From Eledone cirrhosa (taxonomy: Eukaryota), in NCBI GenBank assembly GCA_964016885.1, contig OZ024754.1, forward strand, positions 310,001 to 374,000: 64,000 nt of DNA, written 5' to 3'. The notes below the pieces were generated by a model that did no database searches, was not told the origin of the DNA, and worked only from the letters and a program-made list of their open reading frames with translations. Made by a program: the position numbers and the translations under genes. Positions 26,911 to 41,113 of this stretch are shown one piece after another (positions within the stretch are counted from its first letter, which is position 1; the number at the start of each line of letters is the position of its first letter).

Positions 26911-29900
26911 GCACATATATATATGTTTGTGTGTGTGTGTGCGTGTGTCTGTCTACCTCTATATTTGTCACATACACACGTGTCCCGAGACTGCAAATAA
27001 GTTTTAGGCGAAACGAAAAATCCCAATTTGAACATTGACACATCGTCTCATATTTCCATGTAAAGTTTGAGTGTGCTCATGAGTGACTGTAAGGAATCAT
27101 TACTCAAAGGTTCATTCTAAATGTAGTGTGTATATGTATGTTGGAGGGGTGTGTGCTTTGTATCAACAAAGCAAGTCTGCGACCTAGTTTCAATTCTGTG
27201 TGGCGGCCCCTACTTCATTGAAGTCTTACTTCCTCATGGGAATCAAATCTATCTCGTCCCTATATTTTATTTTTCATTGACAGTCGACGAATTTTTCGTC
27301 TTTTTCTCTTTAACTCTTTTATTACCAAACCGACCCCAGTTATATTTTAAAGTGTTTATTTACCTAAACACCTTCGTAATTCTTTGTAAGAACCTTTGCT
27401 AAGTTATGTTCCAAGCAAGCACTAGCTTAATAATGAGAAAGTTAGTTATATTTCTAAATCCCTCGCAATTTTTTTATTATTTAAAAAAGTGTCTTCCATT
27501 AAAAATATGGGAACGAAGGAATAAGTTTCAGCATTTTTTTATATTTAATATTTTTTTTATTTATTTTAACACTTGAAGAAATTATTTTTTTAAAAATAAA
27601 ATTTTAAAATAAAGGCTCGTAAGTTTTTCGAGTCAGGTTCATATTTTATTTACCTCTGTTTGTCGAACCGCTAGCTTACGGGACATAAACAAACAATAAA
27701 CACAACAAAGACACGCATGTATATATATATATATATACACGCAGGGTGACTTACTACACAGTTTCCGTCTACCAAATATTACACACACACACACATATAT
27801 ATATATACACACTCAAACTTCACACACAGTTATCATATTCCTTCCATATACTGTACCGATTGTGTTGTTATTTCCGTTTACCATTTATATATATATATAC
27901 CACAATTCCTTCGTTATATATATATAAATGAAAAGTATAGAAATTGTTGTAGCGAGAAGCTAACAGTATTCCATAACATATAAGTGACTATAGCGTCAAA
28001 ATGGGAAAATAGTTAACATAAGATATGAGAAAAATAATAATAATATGTATATATATTTATATATATATATTTCCATATATATACTTCACACACACACATA
28101 CATTTATTGTATGTGTACAAAGTATGTATGCATGCGTATATGTATGTACAATGTATGTATGCATGCATGCGTATATGTATGTACAATGTATGTATGCGTG
28201 TATGTATGTACAATGTATGTATGCATGCATGCGTATATGTATGTATGCATGCGTGTATGTATGTACAATGTATGTATGCATGCATGCGTATATGTATGTA
28301 CAATGTATGTATGCGTGTATGTATGTACAATGTATGTATGCATGCATGCGTGTATGTATGTACAATGTATGTATGCATGCATGCGTATATGTATGTACAA
28401 TGTATGTATGCATGCGTGTATGTATGTACAATGTATGTATGCATGCATGCGTATATGTATGTACAGGCAGATATACAATTTCTACATATTACATGTGTGA
28501 AATGGAAGGTGGCCACTACATCTGGTTTAAGCCATTCCACTCATAGAACGGGGAGGGATTCTCTGTTCACCACTTGGTAAATCTGTAAGTCTCTTAATAA
28601 ATGCTTTTGAAAAGATGGTATTCTACCAGTTTTCCCTCTTTGAAACTTTATACGACATTCGGCCCAGGTATACCGATACACTGGGAACTAGGTTTATATA
28701 TGATAATAATTGTTTCTAATTTTGGCACAAGGCCAGCAATTATCCCAGTGCATTACTGGTACTTTATTTTATCGGCCCCCGTAAGGATGAAAGGCAAAGT
28801 TAACCTTGTTTATACACGCTGCATTCAGAATGTATGGAAGGACACATTGGATTATGTAGTCTAAGATAAACTGTGTATATATGAAAGAGAGGGGAACGTG
28901 TTTTTGTGGACTGATAGAATCGTTAGCGCATCGGATGAAATCACATGCGGTACTTGATCACGATATTTCTTGTGTTCAAATTGTTGTTGTTGTTGTTGTT
29001 GTTGTCACGTTCAAATACCACCTAGATCAATTTTGCCCATCATCCTCTCGTTGATAAATAACAGGGACGATGGCTGGATTGTGGGAATTATTGCAATATC
29101 ATACGAGATACCTTGTGGTATTTGTTCAGGCTACTTGACTTTTTGAGACCCAAATCTCGCTGTGTCATGCTTGGGAGGTAATCTTAATTAACCCGGCATC
29201 TGGTCTCGCATCAACAAATGGCTTTTGTGGTGTGCCTTTAGCAAGAAATGGAACCTAGTCTCCGGTTTGATGATATTCCCTTCTTCCCACCTATCTCCAC
29301 GGCCCGGAAAAGGGTCAGGGACACGGCCCTTCTCACCTTCTTCATCCACTTATTCCTGAAAGGGTCGTTGGGACAGAGTTCTCAAACACTCCCTCCAGTG
29401 GGTCCTGTCAGAAGCAACCGACTCCAACTGATCCGGCTGCCTCCCCAAACGTGACCAGCCAAGCTCATGGATGTTATTCAGCCATCTTGCTTGGGGGGAG
29501 GGGGGGTCTATCCCTGGGGCTCCTACCAATTGGTATACTCTTTTACTCTTTTACCTGTTTCAGCCATCCGGCTGAGGCCATGCTGGGGCACCGCCCTGGT
29601 ATATATATATATACAAAATAGTTCCACCTTGGATGAACAGATATAAATAACGAAAGGTATTCTTCATTCTATCGACAGGTGAAATATATCGAGGACTACA
29701 TTCATTTTCTAACATGACCTTCCTTTGTATGAGATGGCAAGCATATAGGGGGGGAGATTTGACTGGTATTTCTAGCATTTCACATGACTACATTGTTTAT
29801 AGTAATTGTATTTCTGCAGAGAATAACAATAGACAGCAGAGTCTCGGTAAGGAATGGAAAAAAAAGACATCGATTCCCTTCTCATTAACCCTACTACCAC

Positions 29901-29933
29901 CACCACCACCACCACCCCTCTCTCTCCCACCTT

Positions 29934-29972
<39 letters not shown>

Positions 29973-29973
29973 T

Positions 29974-30013
<40 letters not shown>

Positions 30014-30808
30014 TTATATACTCTTACTAACCCTTTCATTAACATTGCGCTTCGAAAGTTTTACTCCGACGATGTGTGTGTAGTGTGTATGTGTGTGTTT
30101 GTGTTTGTGTATGTTAGTGTGTGGGTGTGTGTGTTTGTGTTTGTGTATGTATGTGCGTGTATAGTGTGTGTGTGTGTATGTGTGTGGCTATGTTTGTGTG
30201 TGTGTATGTGTGTGGGTATGTGTGTGTGTATGTGTAGTGTGTGTGTGTGTGTGTATGTTAGTGTGTGTGTATGTGTAGTGTGTGTATGTGTGTGTGTATG
30301 TTAGTGTGTGTGTGTGTATGTTAGTGTGAGTGTGTTTGTGTGTGTGTATGTGTATGTTAGTGCATGTGCAGTGTGTTTCTGTGTGTGTATGTTAGTGCAT
30401 GTGCAGTGTGTGTGTGTGTGTGGGTATGTGTGAGTGTGTTTCTGTGTGTGTATGTTAGTGTGTGTGGTGGCATAAGATGACATGGAAATAACTTTCCTAC
30501 TCTTCTAGGAAAAAAAACACCTAACCAAAGACGTTAAAGGAGTCGGTGGTGTTAGCCATGCTAGAAATAGCAGTTAAACTCATTCAAATAATTCCCCGCT
30601 CCCGCCACATAATACAAACCTGACCACGTGGATAACACATTTGCTTTACAACTCTGTGGTTTTATGTTCGATCTTACTATACGGACCTTGGGCATGTGTT
30701 CCCCCCCTCTCCCCCCCTCTCTCTCTATATATATAGAATTAGCCGTCGAAACGGCTTGAGCTCTGCCGTCGGGGTCATACTTGTTCCTATTACCCACTCT
30801 AAATATTT

Positions 30809-30849
<41 letters not shown>

Positions 30850-30915
30850 AGAAAGAGAGAGAGAGAGAGAGAGATGTGGTAGAATACTGGGAGGTTATAT
30901 CCGTAGTATGTAGAG

Positions 30916-31883
30916 CAGGCATGTCAAACTGAGCGCCCCCTCGAAGACCACATGGGTCACACATGTGTTGTTTGAGGGCCACATGGATCACACATGTGTT
31001 GTCTGAGGGCCACATGGGTCACACATGTGTTGTCTGAGGGCCACATGGGTCACATATGTGTTGTCTGAGGGCCACATGGGTCACATATGTGTTGTCTGAG
31101 GGCCACATGGGTCACACATGTGTTGTCTGAGGGCCACATGGGTCACACATGTGTTGTCTGAGGGCCACATGGGTCACACATGTGTTGTTTGAGAGCCACA
31201 TGGGTCACACATGTGTTGTTTGAGGGCCACGTGGGTCACACATGTGTTGTTTGAGGGCCACGTGGGTCATATATGTGTTGTCTGAGGGCCACATGGGTCA
31301 CACATGTGTTGTTTGAGGGCCACGTGAGTCACACATGTGTTGTTTGAGGGCCACATGGGTCACACATGTGTTGTTTGAGAGCCACATGGGTCACACATGT
31401 GTTGTTTGAGGGCCACGTGGGTCACACATGTGTAGTCTGAGGGCCACGTGGGTAACATATGTGTTGTCTGAGGGCCACATGGGTCACACATGTGTAGTCT
31501 GAGGGCCACGTGGGTCACACATGTGTAGTCTGAGGGCCACGTGGGTCACACATGTGTAGTCTGAGGGCCACATGGGTCACACATGTGTAGTCTGAGGGCC
31601 ACGTGGGTCACACATGTGTAGTCTGAGGGCCACGTGGGTCACACATGTGTAGTCTGAGGGTCACGTGGGTCACACATGTGTTGTTTGAGAGCCACATGGG
31701 TCACACATGTGTTGTCTGAGGGCTACGTGGGTCACACATGTGTAGTCTGAGGGCCACACACACGACCATTAATTGCGCACATTACAACTAATATTTTTTT
31801 AAATTTTATATTATGTTCGCGCTGTAAAAACGTCTGTGCGGGCCGCAGGTTGCTTGTAAAGGGCCGCATGTTCGACATGTCTG
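30916..31883. mobile_element. hAT (Charlie/Buster-type) MITE containing a ~26x31-bp minisatellite
   Basis: TIRs caggcatgtcaaac / gttcgacatgtctg (12/14); 8-bp TSD atgtagag / atgtagat; unit gagggccacatgggtcacacatgtgttgtct. Confidence 0.85.
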
Positions 31884-32055
31884 ATGTAGATCACTCAATC
31901 CATAGGACGAGTTCGGTATAGAGTCGGTTCCACAACGGTTAGCAAACCATTTTCGAGGACACGTGTTTCACCAGTCGAAAATGGTTTAAAGTAACCGTTG
32001 TGGAATTAACTATATGTGTGTGTGTCTGTGAGTGTGTAAATATATATATATATTT

Positions 32056-32109
<54 letters not shown>

Positions 32110-32459
32110 TGACAGTAAGCAGTCGTTATGAGAAGATTGAATGTGTGTGTGCGAATAGTTTTCTTAATGTAACGAACACACAGACACAGTAAACAGGACG
32201 TTGTGTGATCCTGTGTGTGAGTGAGTGTGTATGAGTGTGTGTGTGTGTGTGAGTGTGAGTGTGTGTGTGTGTGAGTGTTGTCAATGTACCGAACACACAG
32301 ACACAAACACACTATCTTTGAAAAAACTATACTAAGAAAAATATGTATTTGATATTGATGTGTTTAAATAATTGCAATGAGGGAACGTATACCGGCTATT
32401 GGCACATATTCCTCATTGACCATACTTAAATATGGAATGATATGCGATGGTGCTCGCCC

Positions 32460-32760
32460 CCCCCCCCCCTCCGCCACAGGCCCGGCGGACAGGATAGAGA
32501 AGGCGTTTCCCTGGAGGACGGCAAGGGAGACGCGCTGGAAAAGCCACTCCATCTCGCGGGGCTCACACCTGCGGCTGGCCAGCTCAGCGCCTATGGTGGT
32601 GAGAAGGGAGGTTGCCCTGGGGCCGAGAACAGCAGAAGTCTCCACTGCCAAGGGTACAACCGCAAACCTGTCGGAGAGCCACCGATATTTGAAGAGTTTG
32701 GCCTCCTCAGCCCGACCTGGTGCAGCAGAACTTGGGTTATCGCAGACTACACCATGTGTG
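32460..32760 (-). mobile_element. CRE-like non-LTR retrotransposon 3' fragment
   Basis: AEEAKLFKY...VPLAVETSAVLGP...WLFQRVSLAVLQGNAFSIL. Confidence 0.8.
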
Positions 32761-33089
32761 GCATGCTTCTAGTTTTTTCAATAAAGTACCAGTAACACAC
32801 TAGAGTCAAATTAATCGACTCTCCCTGCCAAATTGTGCTTATGGCAGTATCGATACAGAGTCGGATACCATGCTCTGCAGCATAGAGTTATGCCCCTTTA
32901 CGGTCTGAGTTCAAATCCTGCCGAGGTTAACTTTGCCTTTCATCCTTACGAGGTCGATAAAGTAAAGTACCTGTAATACACTGGGATAATTGCTGGCTTT
33001 GTGTCAAAAGTTGAAACTATTATATTAATATCATCCAATTTTTAATTATATATATTTATACATATTTATATAACATGACCCTCCCAAAA

Positions 33090-33890
33090 TATACATTTAT
33101 ATATATACATTTATATATATACATTTATATGTATACATTTATATTTATATACATTTATATATATATACATTTATATATATACATTTATATGTATACATTT
33201 ATATGTATACATTTATATATATATACATTTATATGTATACATTTATATATATATACATTTATATATATACATTTATATATATACATTTATATGTATACAT
33301 TTATATGTATACTTTTATATATATATACATTTATATATATACATTTATATATATACATTTATATGTATACATTTATATATATATACATTTATATATATAC
33401 ATTTATATGTATACATTTATATATATATACATTTATATATATATACATTTATATATATACATTTATATGTATACATTTATATATATATACATTTATATAT
33501 ATACATTTATATATATACATTTATATGTATACATTTATATATATATACATTTATATATATACATTTATATATATACATTTATATGTATACATTTATATGT
33601 ATACTTTTATATATATATACATTTATATATATACATTTATATATATACATTTATATGTATACATTTATATATATATACATTTATATATATACATTTATAT
33701 ATATACATTTATATGTATACATTTATATATATATACATTTATATATATACATTTATATGTATACATTTATATGTATACATTTATATGTATACATTTATAT
33801 ATATACATTTATATATATACATTTATATATGTATACATTTATATATATACATTTATATATGTATACATTTATATATATACATTTATATAT
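33090..33890. repeat. AT-rich (TACATTTATATA)n satellite
   Basis: Direct inspection. Confidence 0.9.
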
Positions 33891-33900
33891 GTAGTTTTAG

Positions 33901-34004
<104 letters not shown>

Positions 34005-35098
34005 GTATATATACCTATATATGTATATATATATGTATATATACATATATATGTATATATTTCTGTATATATATGTATATATATAGGAAAAGATTCAGGA
34101 CCCCGACGGCTGAGCTCCGGCCGTTTCGACAGCTAGATCCAAACCGTTCGGATTTAGCTGTCGAAACGGCCGGAGCTCAGCCGTCGGGGTCCTGAATCTT
34201 TTCCTATATATATACATATATATACAGAAATATATATATATATAAATAACTAAAACTACATATACAAATATAGTTTTATTTATTTATATATATTTCTCTT
34301 TTGTTCTTGTATTTATCTACAAACTCTGAAAATTAACTTGAACTCTTATCACAATGGAACCACACCTAAACATACACACACCTAAACACACACACACAAC
34401 TAAACACACACACACAAACATACACACACCTAAACACACACACACAAACATACACACACCTAAACACACACACACACCTAAAACACACACAACTAAACAC
34501 ACACACACAAACATACACACACCTAAACACACACACACAAACATACACACACCTAAACACACACACACACCTAAAACACACACACCTAAACACACACACA
34601 CATACACACACCTAAAACACACATACACACACCTAAACACACACACACACAAACATAGACACACCTAAACACACACACACACACACACAAATACACACAC
34701 CTAAACACACACACACAAACACACACACACCTAAACACACACACACACACACAGAGAACAACACAATGCCATATGGGACTTTATTCTGAATAAAAAATAT
34801 TGTCTATTTAAATCAAAAGAATTTTCTTATGAATCAATTATATCGAACTGTTGTACACCACCTCTACTACGCCACCTCCACCCTCACCACACCACATCTA
34901 CTACTCCACCTCCACCCCCTACCACACCACCTCTACTACTCCACCTCCACCCTCACCCCCTACCACACCACCTCTACTATACCGCCTCCACCCTCACCCC
35001 CCCATCACCACACCACCTCCGCCTTTACTACACCACCTCCACACCACCTCCACCCTCATCATGATATATATTTAAGATATACTCAAATGTATTGAAAG

Positions 35099-35289
35099 CA
35101 GACCTGTCAACTCTCCCCGTCGGACGGGGGAGATCTCCCACTCACTTGGGGGGGAGATGTCTTCCCTTGTGAAAATGGGTATAGCTTTCATTATGTAAAA
35201 TCTCCCCATTTTGCCTCATTTCTCCCCAATTTGTTGGCCCTTCTTTTCATGGTACTCCCTATTTGGGTTTGTAGAAGTTGGCAGGTATG
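35099..35289. mobile_element. 191-bp MITE with a 6-bp TSD
   Basis: TIRs cagacctgtcaact / agttggcaggtatg (12/14); tgaaag on both flanks. Confidence 0.7.
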
Positions 35290-36788
35290 TGAAAGTGTCT
35301 TGAAACAAACATCTGAAGATATGAAATAGAGATATTGGCAACATAGCTTGTGTGGAAATTACTCTGATGGCCAACATCTGAAATTGAATTTCTATACAAT
35401 TCAAAATCACAAAGATTTTCAAGGATTTCAAGTTGACTAACTTATTCTCTAGAAAGGTTTACTGTGTATTATAACTTTGTGTAAGGGCGATGAAGGGTAC
35501 CAGGCCAGTGGTGTCTCGGACTCCTGCATGATCACAATCCGGCCCTGTTGCTCATACATTGTTTTCCGGCGCGTCTCCCTTGCCGACCTCCGGGGAAACG
35601 CCTTCTCCATTCTATCCGCCGGGGCTGTGGGGAGGTCTCCAATATGATTGACTGACTTATCATTTTATCATGTACATCCGAGACAGGCAATGTAATAGGC
35701 TCTTCGGGGGTACAACAGCAGGGCAGGACTCTCAATATATTGTTAGTGATGACCCGACATCTCAATTCAAATTCCTACTGTTTACTACAGTAATAAGAAT
35801 TACCCATCCCCTGACCCACAAGTGAGGACTGACATACATTGTTTAAAAGGCGAAGAGCCCTTAACTTATGATAGAGACGTAGGGGCACCATCATGACTTC
35901 AACATTTCTAACCTGGTGGCGCTCATCCCTTTCCAGGTCTGAACAGAGCCAATTTCTTCGAGTGAGTGAGAGAGAGAGGGGGAGAAAATAATATAGAGGA
36001 AGAAGCAGCTCCAGGCAGTAATCAGTAGAGAGTCGGACAACATGCTTTGTGGTATAGAGTTATGGCTCTTTACATTCTTCTGAGTTCAAATCCAGCCGAG
36101 GTTAGCTTTGCCTTTCATTCTTACGGGGGTTGGTAAAATAAAGTACCAGTAATGCACTGAGGTCGGTCTAATTGATTTTCCCTTCCTCCTTAAATTGTTG
36201 GCCTTGTACCTAAAGTAGAAATTGTTTATCAACCTCGATAAAAGCAAAGTTGACCCTCGGGATTAAACTTTAGAGTGCAGTGAACCGGAACAAATCCCGA
36301 GCAATATTTCATCCTACGCCCTAACCTCTCGCCCTAACCACACTGCTACTTTACCACCTTGTTGTCATTGTTACTGATGTTCGACCGGTCAATAACATTT
36401 AGGTTTGAGATAATCGGTGGAAGGGTTAAAGTTCACATCATGACATCTACACTTGCTTCTCGTGCTTTTCAATGATATAGGTCAAATGCTTCTCTCTCTC
36501 TCTCTCTCTCTCTCTCTACTCTAACAGTTTATCTCTCTCTTTCTCTCTTTGTCTCACTCACTCACTCACTCTCTCTCTCTACTCTGACAGTCTCTCTCTC
36601 TCTCTCTCTAACCCCTCTACCCCCCCCCTCTCATCTCGCTTTCCATCATATATTTTTCTTTAACCCTTTTGATACGAACCGACCTGAAACCGCCTCCTTG
36701 TTCTATGACATACATACATACATACATACATACATACATACATACATACATACATACATACATACATACATACATACATACATACATC

Positions 36789-37297
36789 TACGGACCATTG
36801 ATGAGGAGTTTACAAATCCAGTATCCAAGATACACCTTTAGCTTCATACCCATCATTATTGGTGCTACGGGCGGTGTATTGGCAGTATCGGTAGAAGGTC
36901 GGACGCCATGCTTTTCAGCATAGTTACGTCCCTTTACGATCTGAGTTCAAATCCCGCCGAGGTTGACTTTGCCTTTCATCCTTACGGGGTCGATAAAATA
37001 AAGTACCAGTAATGCACTGGGTAATTTGCTGGCCTTGTGCCTAAAGTAGAAACAATTATTGGTGTTACGGGTTATATACCAACCCGCTTGGACCAAAGTA
37101 TGACTGAACTTGGATTTGCGGACAAAAAGCGCAGCTCCCTAATTCATAGTCTACAAATGGCTGCGATAGCTGGCACCTTCAAAATTTGCAAAACATTCTT
37201 GCGATTCAAGGGATGACAATTTCTTTTCTTTTACAACCTTGCCACCAGGAAGGTGGCCGGTCAAAAAAATATACTCGAAATTAAGAGAAAGAGAAAA
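36789..37297 (+). mobile_element. 5'-truncated R4/Dong-like non-LTR element interrupted by a SINE
   Basis: YGPLMRSLQIQYPRYTFSFIPIIIGATG-[SINE]-YIPTRL...LQMAAIAGTFKICKTFLRF*. Confidence 0.7.
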
Positions 37298-37411
37298 CAT
37301 ACATACACTCACACACACACACATATATATACATAGAGAGAGAGAGATAGATAGATAGATGAGATTCTACAGGACTAGAACTGTTTCATTCTTTAGAAAT
37401 CATCAGGAATC

Positions 37412-37455
37412 CTGATGATTTCTAAAGAATGAAACAGTTCTAGTCCTGTAGAATC
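37412..37455 (+). ncRNA. Hammerhead motif inside a perfect palindrome
   Basis: CTGATGA-t-ttct-aa-agaa-t-GAAA-cag-ttctagtc-ctg-TA; stem I is disrupted. Confidence 0.55.
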
Positions 37456-37537
37456 TCATCTATATTAAAACTTTTATACTCTGCTATGTATTGAGTACGT
37501 TACTTACTGTGGTTACCTCCGATTCAACCCGGAATAA

Positions 37538-37623
<86 letters not shown>

Positions 37624-37692
37624 CTGCCAATATAATATTTGGTATCAATGGGTTAAAGACATCTTTGAAATCAATTAGTGGTGAAGGTGGTG

Positions 37693-37749
<57 letters not shown>

Positions 37750-37855
37750 CGTTGACTGAATATGACACGTGTTTGTTTTTTCCCCATTTTTCTTTCGTTC
37801 ATTCCTCTTCTCCTCACTCTTTAACTTTCTATTTAATCGTTTATTTCTGATTTTA

Positions 37856-37891
37856 TCTTCTGATGAAGGACGAGCAACCGAAACGTTAAGA
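37856..37891 (+). ncRNA. Minimal hammerhead motif (zero-loop ACGT stem III)
   Basis: tctt-CTGATGA-aggacgagcaacc-GAAAC-GTT-aaga. Confidence 0.6.
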
Positions 37892-38176
37892 CACTTTTCC
37901 TATGATCTCTTCATTGTACTGTGTCTTTTTGCTTTGTTATTTCTGTTTACTTTTTACATACACACATACATACATACACACACACATATATATGTGGGTG
38001 TGTATGTATGTGTGTGTATGTATGTGTGTGTATGTGTGTGTGTGTAAACACTGAACACTCAGCAATCTATATAGGTCACTAGTACAACTAATTCGGTTAC
38101 TAGTGTCAATATGTTTGAGACAAAAGTCAAAACACGGCCTGATTTTTAACTTTTTCCCGAAAGTCACCACTTTGAT

Positions 38177-38236
<60 letters not shown>

Positions 38237-38237
38237 A

Positions 38238-38309
<72 letters not shown>

Positions 38310-38312
38310 TAA

Positions 38313-38350
<38 letters not shown>

Positions 38351-38351
38351 A

Positions 38352-38389
<38 letters not shown>

Positions 38390-39160
38390 ATAGTAGTTGG
38401 TGTTGTTATCGATACATGATAAATCACAAACACAAAGAAGGTTATTTACTGGGATAGACAAGGTGACCAACCCACCCACCACCATCACCTCCACTATCAT
38501 CACCTCCACCATCACCTCCACCATCACCTCCACTATCATCACCTCCACCATCACCTCCACCATCACCTCCACCATCATCACCTCCACCATCACCTCCACC
38601 ATCACCTCCACCATCACCTCCACCATCACCTCCACTATCATCACCTCCACCATCACCTCCACCATCACCTCCACCATCACCTCCACCATCATCACCTCCA
38701 CCATCACCTCCACCATCACCTCCACCATCATCACCTCCACCATCACCTCCACCATCACCTCCACCATCACCTCCACCATCACCTCCACTATCACCTCCAC
38801 CATCACCTCCACCATCACCTCCACTATCATCACCTCCACCATCACCTCCACCATCACCTCCACCATCACCTCCACCATCATCACCTCCACCATCACCTCC
38901 ATCACCACCTCCACCATCATCAACACAATCATCATCACCTCCACCATCACCTCCACCACCATCACCACAACCATCATCACCTCCACCATCACCTCCATCA
39001 CCACCTCCACCATCATCACCTCCACCATCATCACCTCCACCACCACCTCCACCATCATCACCTCCACCACCACCTCCACCATCATCACCTCCACCACCAC
39101 CACCACCATTTTCATCAACACTGTTACCATCATCATCATCATTATCATAGTCACCACCAT
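38177..39160. repeat. (TAG)n and (CACCATCACCTC)n simple repeats
   Basis: Direct inspection. Confidence 0.95.
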
Positions 39161-39287
39161 CACAATCAGGAATATAGTTTGGCCACATAAATACATTGGC
39201 AATTTTGTCTGCGGAGCACCACCGCAATATTGACCCAGATGCAGAGTCTATCATCCTCTTCCCTTACCCCTTTATTTCTTCCGTTGC

Positions 39288-40165
39288 CTAACAGTCCTTG
39301 GTCTCCCCCCTAAAGGTCCTTGGTCTCCCCCCTAACAGTCCTTGGTCTCCCCACTAACAGTCCTTGGTTTTCCCACTAACAGTCCTTGGTCCTCCCCCCT
39401 AACAGTCCTTGGTCTCCCCACTAACAGTCCTTGGTCTCCCCACTAACAGTCCTTGGTCTCCCCCCTAACAGTCCTTGGTCTCCCCACTAAGAGTCCTTGG
39501 TCTCCCCCCTAAAGGTCCTTGGTCTCCCCACTAACAGTCCTTGGTCTCCCCACTAACAGTCCTTGGTCTCCCCCCTAACAGTCCTTGGTCTCCCCACTAA
39601 CAGTCCTTGGTCTCCCCCCTAACAGTCCTTGGTCTCCCCCCTAACAGTACTTGGTCTCCCCCCTAAAGGTCCTTGGTCTCCCCCCTAACAGTCCTTGGTC
39701 TCCCCACTAACAGTCCTTGGTCTACCCACTAACAGTCCTTGGTCTCCCCACTAACAGTCCTTGGTCTCCCCACTAACAGTCCTTGGTCTCCCCACTAACA
39801 GTCCTTGGTCCTCCCCCACTAACAGTCCTTGGTCTCCCCACTAACAGTCCTTGGTCTACCCACTAACAGTCCTTGGTCTCCCCACTAACAGTCCTTGGTC
39901 TACCCACTAACAGTCCTTGGTCTCCCCACTAACAGTCCTTGGTCCTCCCCCCTAACAGTCCTTGGTCTCCCCACTAACAGTCCTTGGTCTCCCCACTAAC
40001 AGTCCTTGGTCCTCCCCCACTAACAGTCCTTGGTCTCCCCACTAACAGTCCTTGGTCTCCCCACTAACAGTCCTTAGTCCTCCTCACTAACAGTCCTTAG
40101 TCCTCCCCCCTAACAGTCCTTGCCCCTCCCCTAGCATTCCTTGCCCCTCCCCTAACAGTCCCTGC
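39288..40165. repeat. 22-bp minisatellite (~40 copies)
   Basis: unit ctaacagtccttggtctcccca. Confidence 0.95.
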
Positions 40166-41113
40166 CCTCCCCGTCCTCCTTTCATGGTGTTTACAGTTCT
40201 TCTCAATACTGCAGTCTTTTCCTCTACCTTTCCCTCTCCTTACTCACACAATGGTTTCAGATTTCGCCACAAGACCAGCAATTTTGGCGGGAGGTAAAAG
40301 TCGATTAAATCTACCCCAGTGCGTTACTGGTACTTTATTTTATCGACCTCTGTAAGGATGAAAGGCAAACTTAACCTCAACGGGTTAAGTTGAACTCAGG
40401 AGGTAAAAGGAGGTAACTCTGTGTCGCTAAGCATGGTGTCCGCCGCTCTACCGAGTACTGCCACTCCTCCGTTCAACTAACAGTCAATATTTACAAGGTG
40501 AGGACAACGATATATAAACAATAACAGTTTCAGGTGATTGGGTCTAAAAAAATATAATCAATACTATCGCGTAGATCTTGTGGTGTGGATCGATAAAAGT
40601 CAATGCCAAATATAGTTAAACTGATTGTTTACATAGGTAAAAGTTTCGAGAAAGGTCGCAATGTATTGAACTGATTAAATTAATAGATTAGGTTTTGTTG
40701 TGATTTTTGTGAAATACAGAACTGGTGGTGGTGGTGGGGTAGGGGGCAGTGGGGAGGGGGTGGGTGATGGCGGTGAGGATTTCGATTAGCAACAATAGCA
40801 AGTTTGGAAACTGGGACTCAGTGATATATACATGTGTGTGAGTGTGTATGAGTATCGGCAGAGTGTCGGACAACATGCTTTGCGATATATAGTTACGTCC
40901 CTTTACATTTTGAGTTCAAATCCCGCCGAAGTTTGCTTTGCCTTTCAAGCTTACTTGCTCGATAAAATAAAGCCTCAGTAATGCAGAATTATTAACAAAG
41001 TTGCAAGGAAGTGGAAGGTTGAGGTACTAAATCTAAAATGTATTTACTTTTATTTAACAAACTAAAACACAGCGTGTGGTAGCTGTTGTTATTTTGTTAT
41101 TTGAAAGGCTTTC

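Noticed and set aside
35460-35960. GC-richer unique segment with a 77-aa minus-strand ORF
   Set aside because: No recognisable domain or splice context; possibly a LINE 5' remnant, but I cannot support that.
37937-39254. Gly/Asp-, Val/Met- and Thr/Ser-rich ORFs
   Set aside because: Trinucleotide-derived simple repeats.
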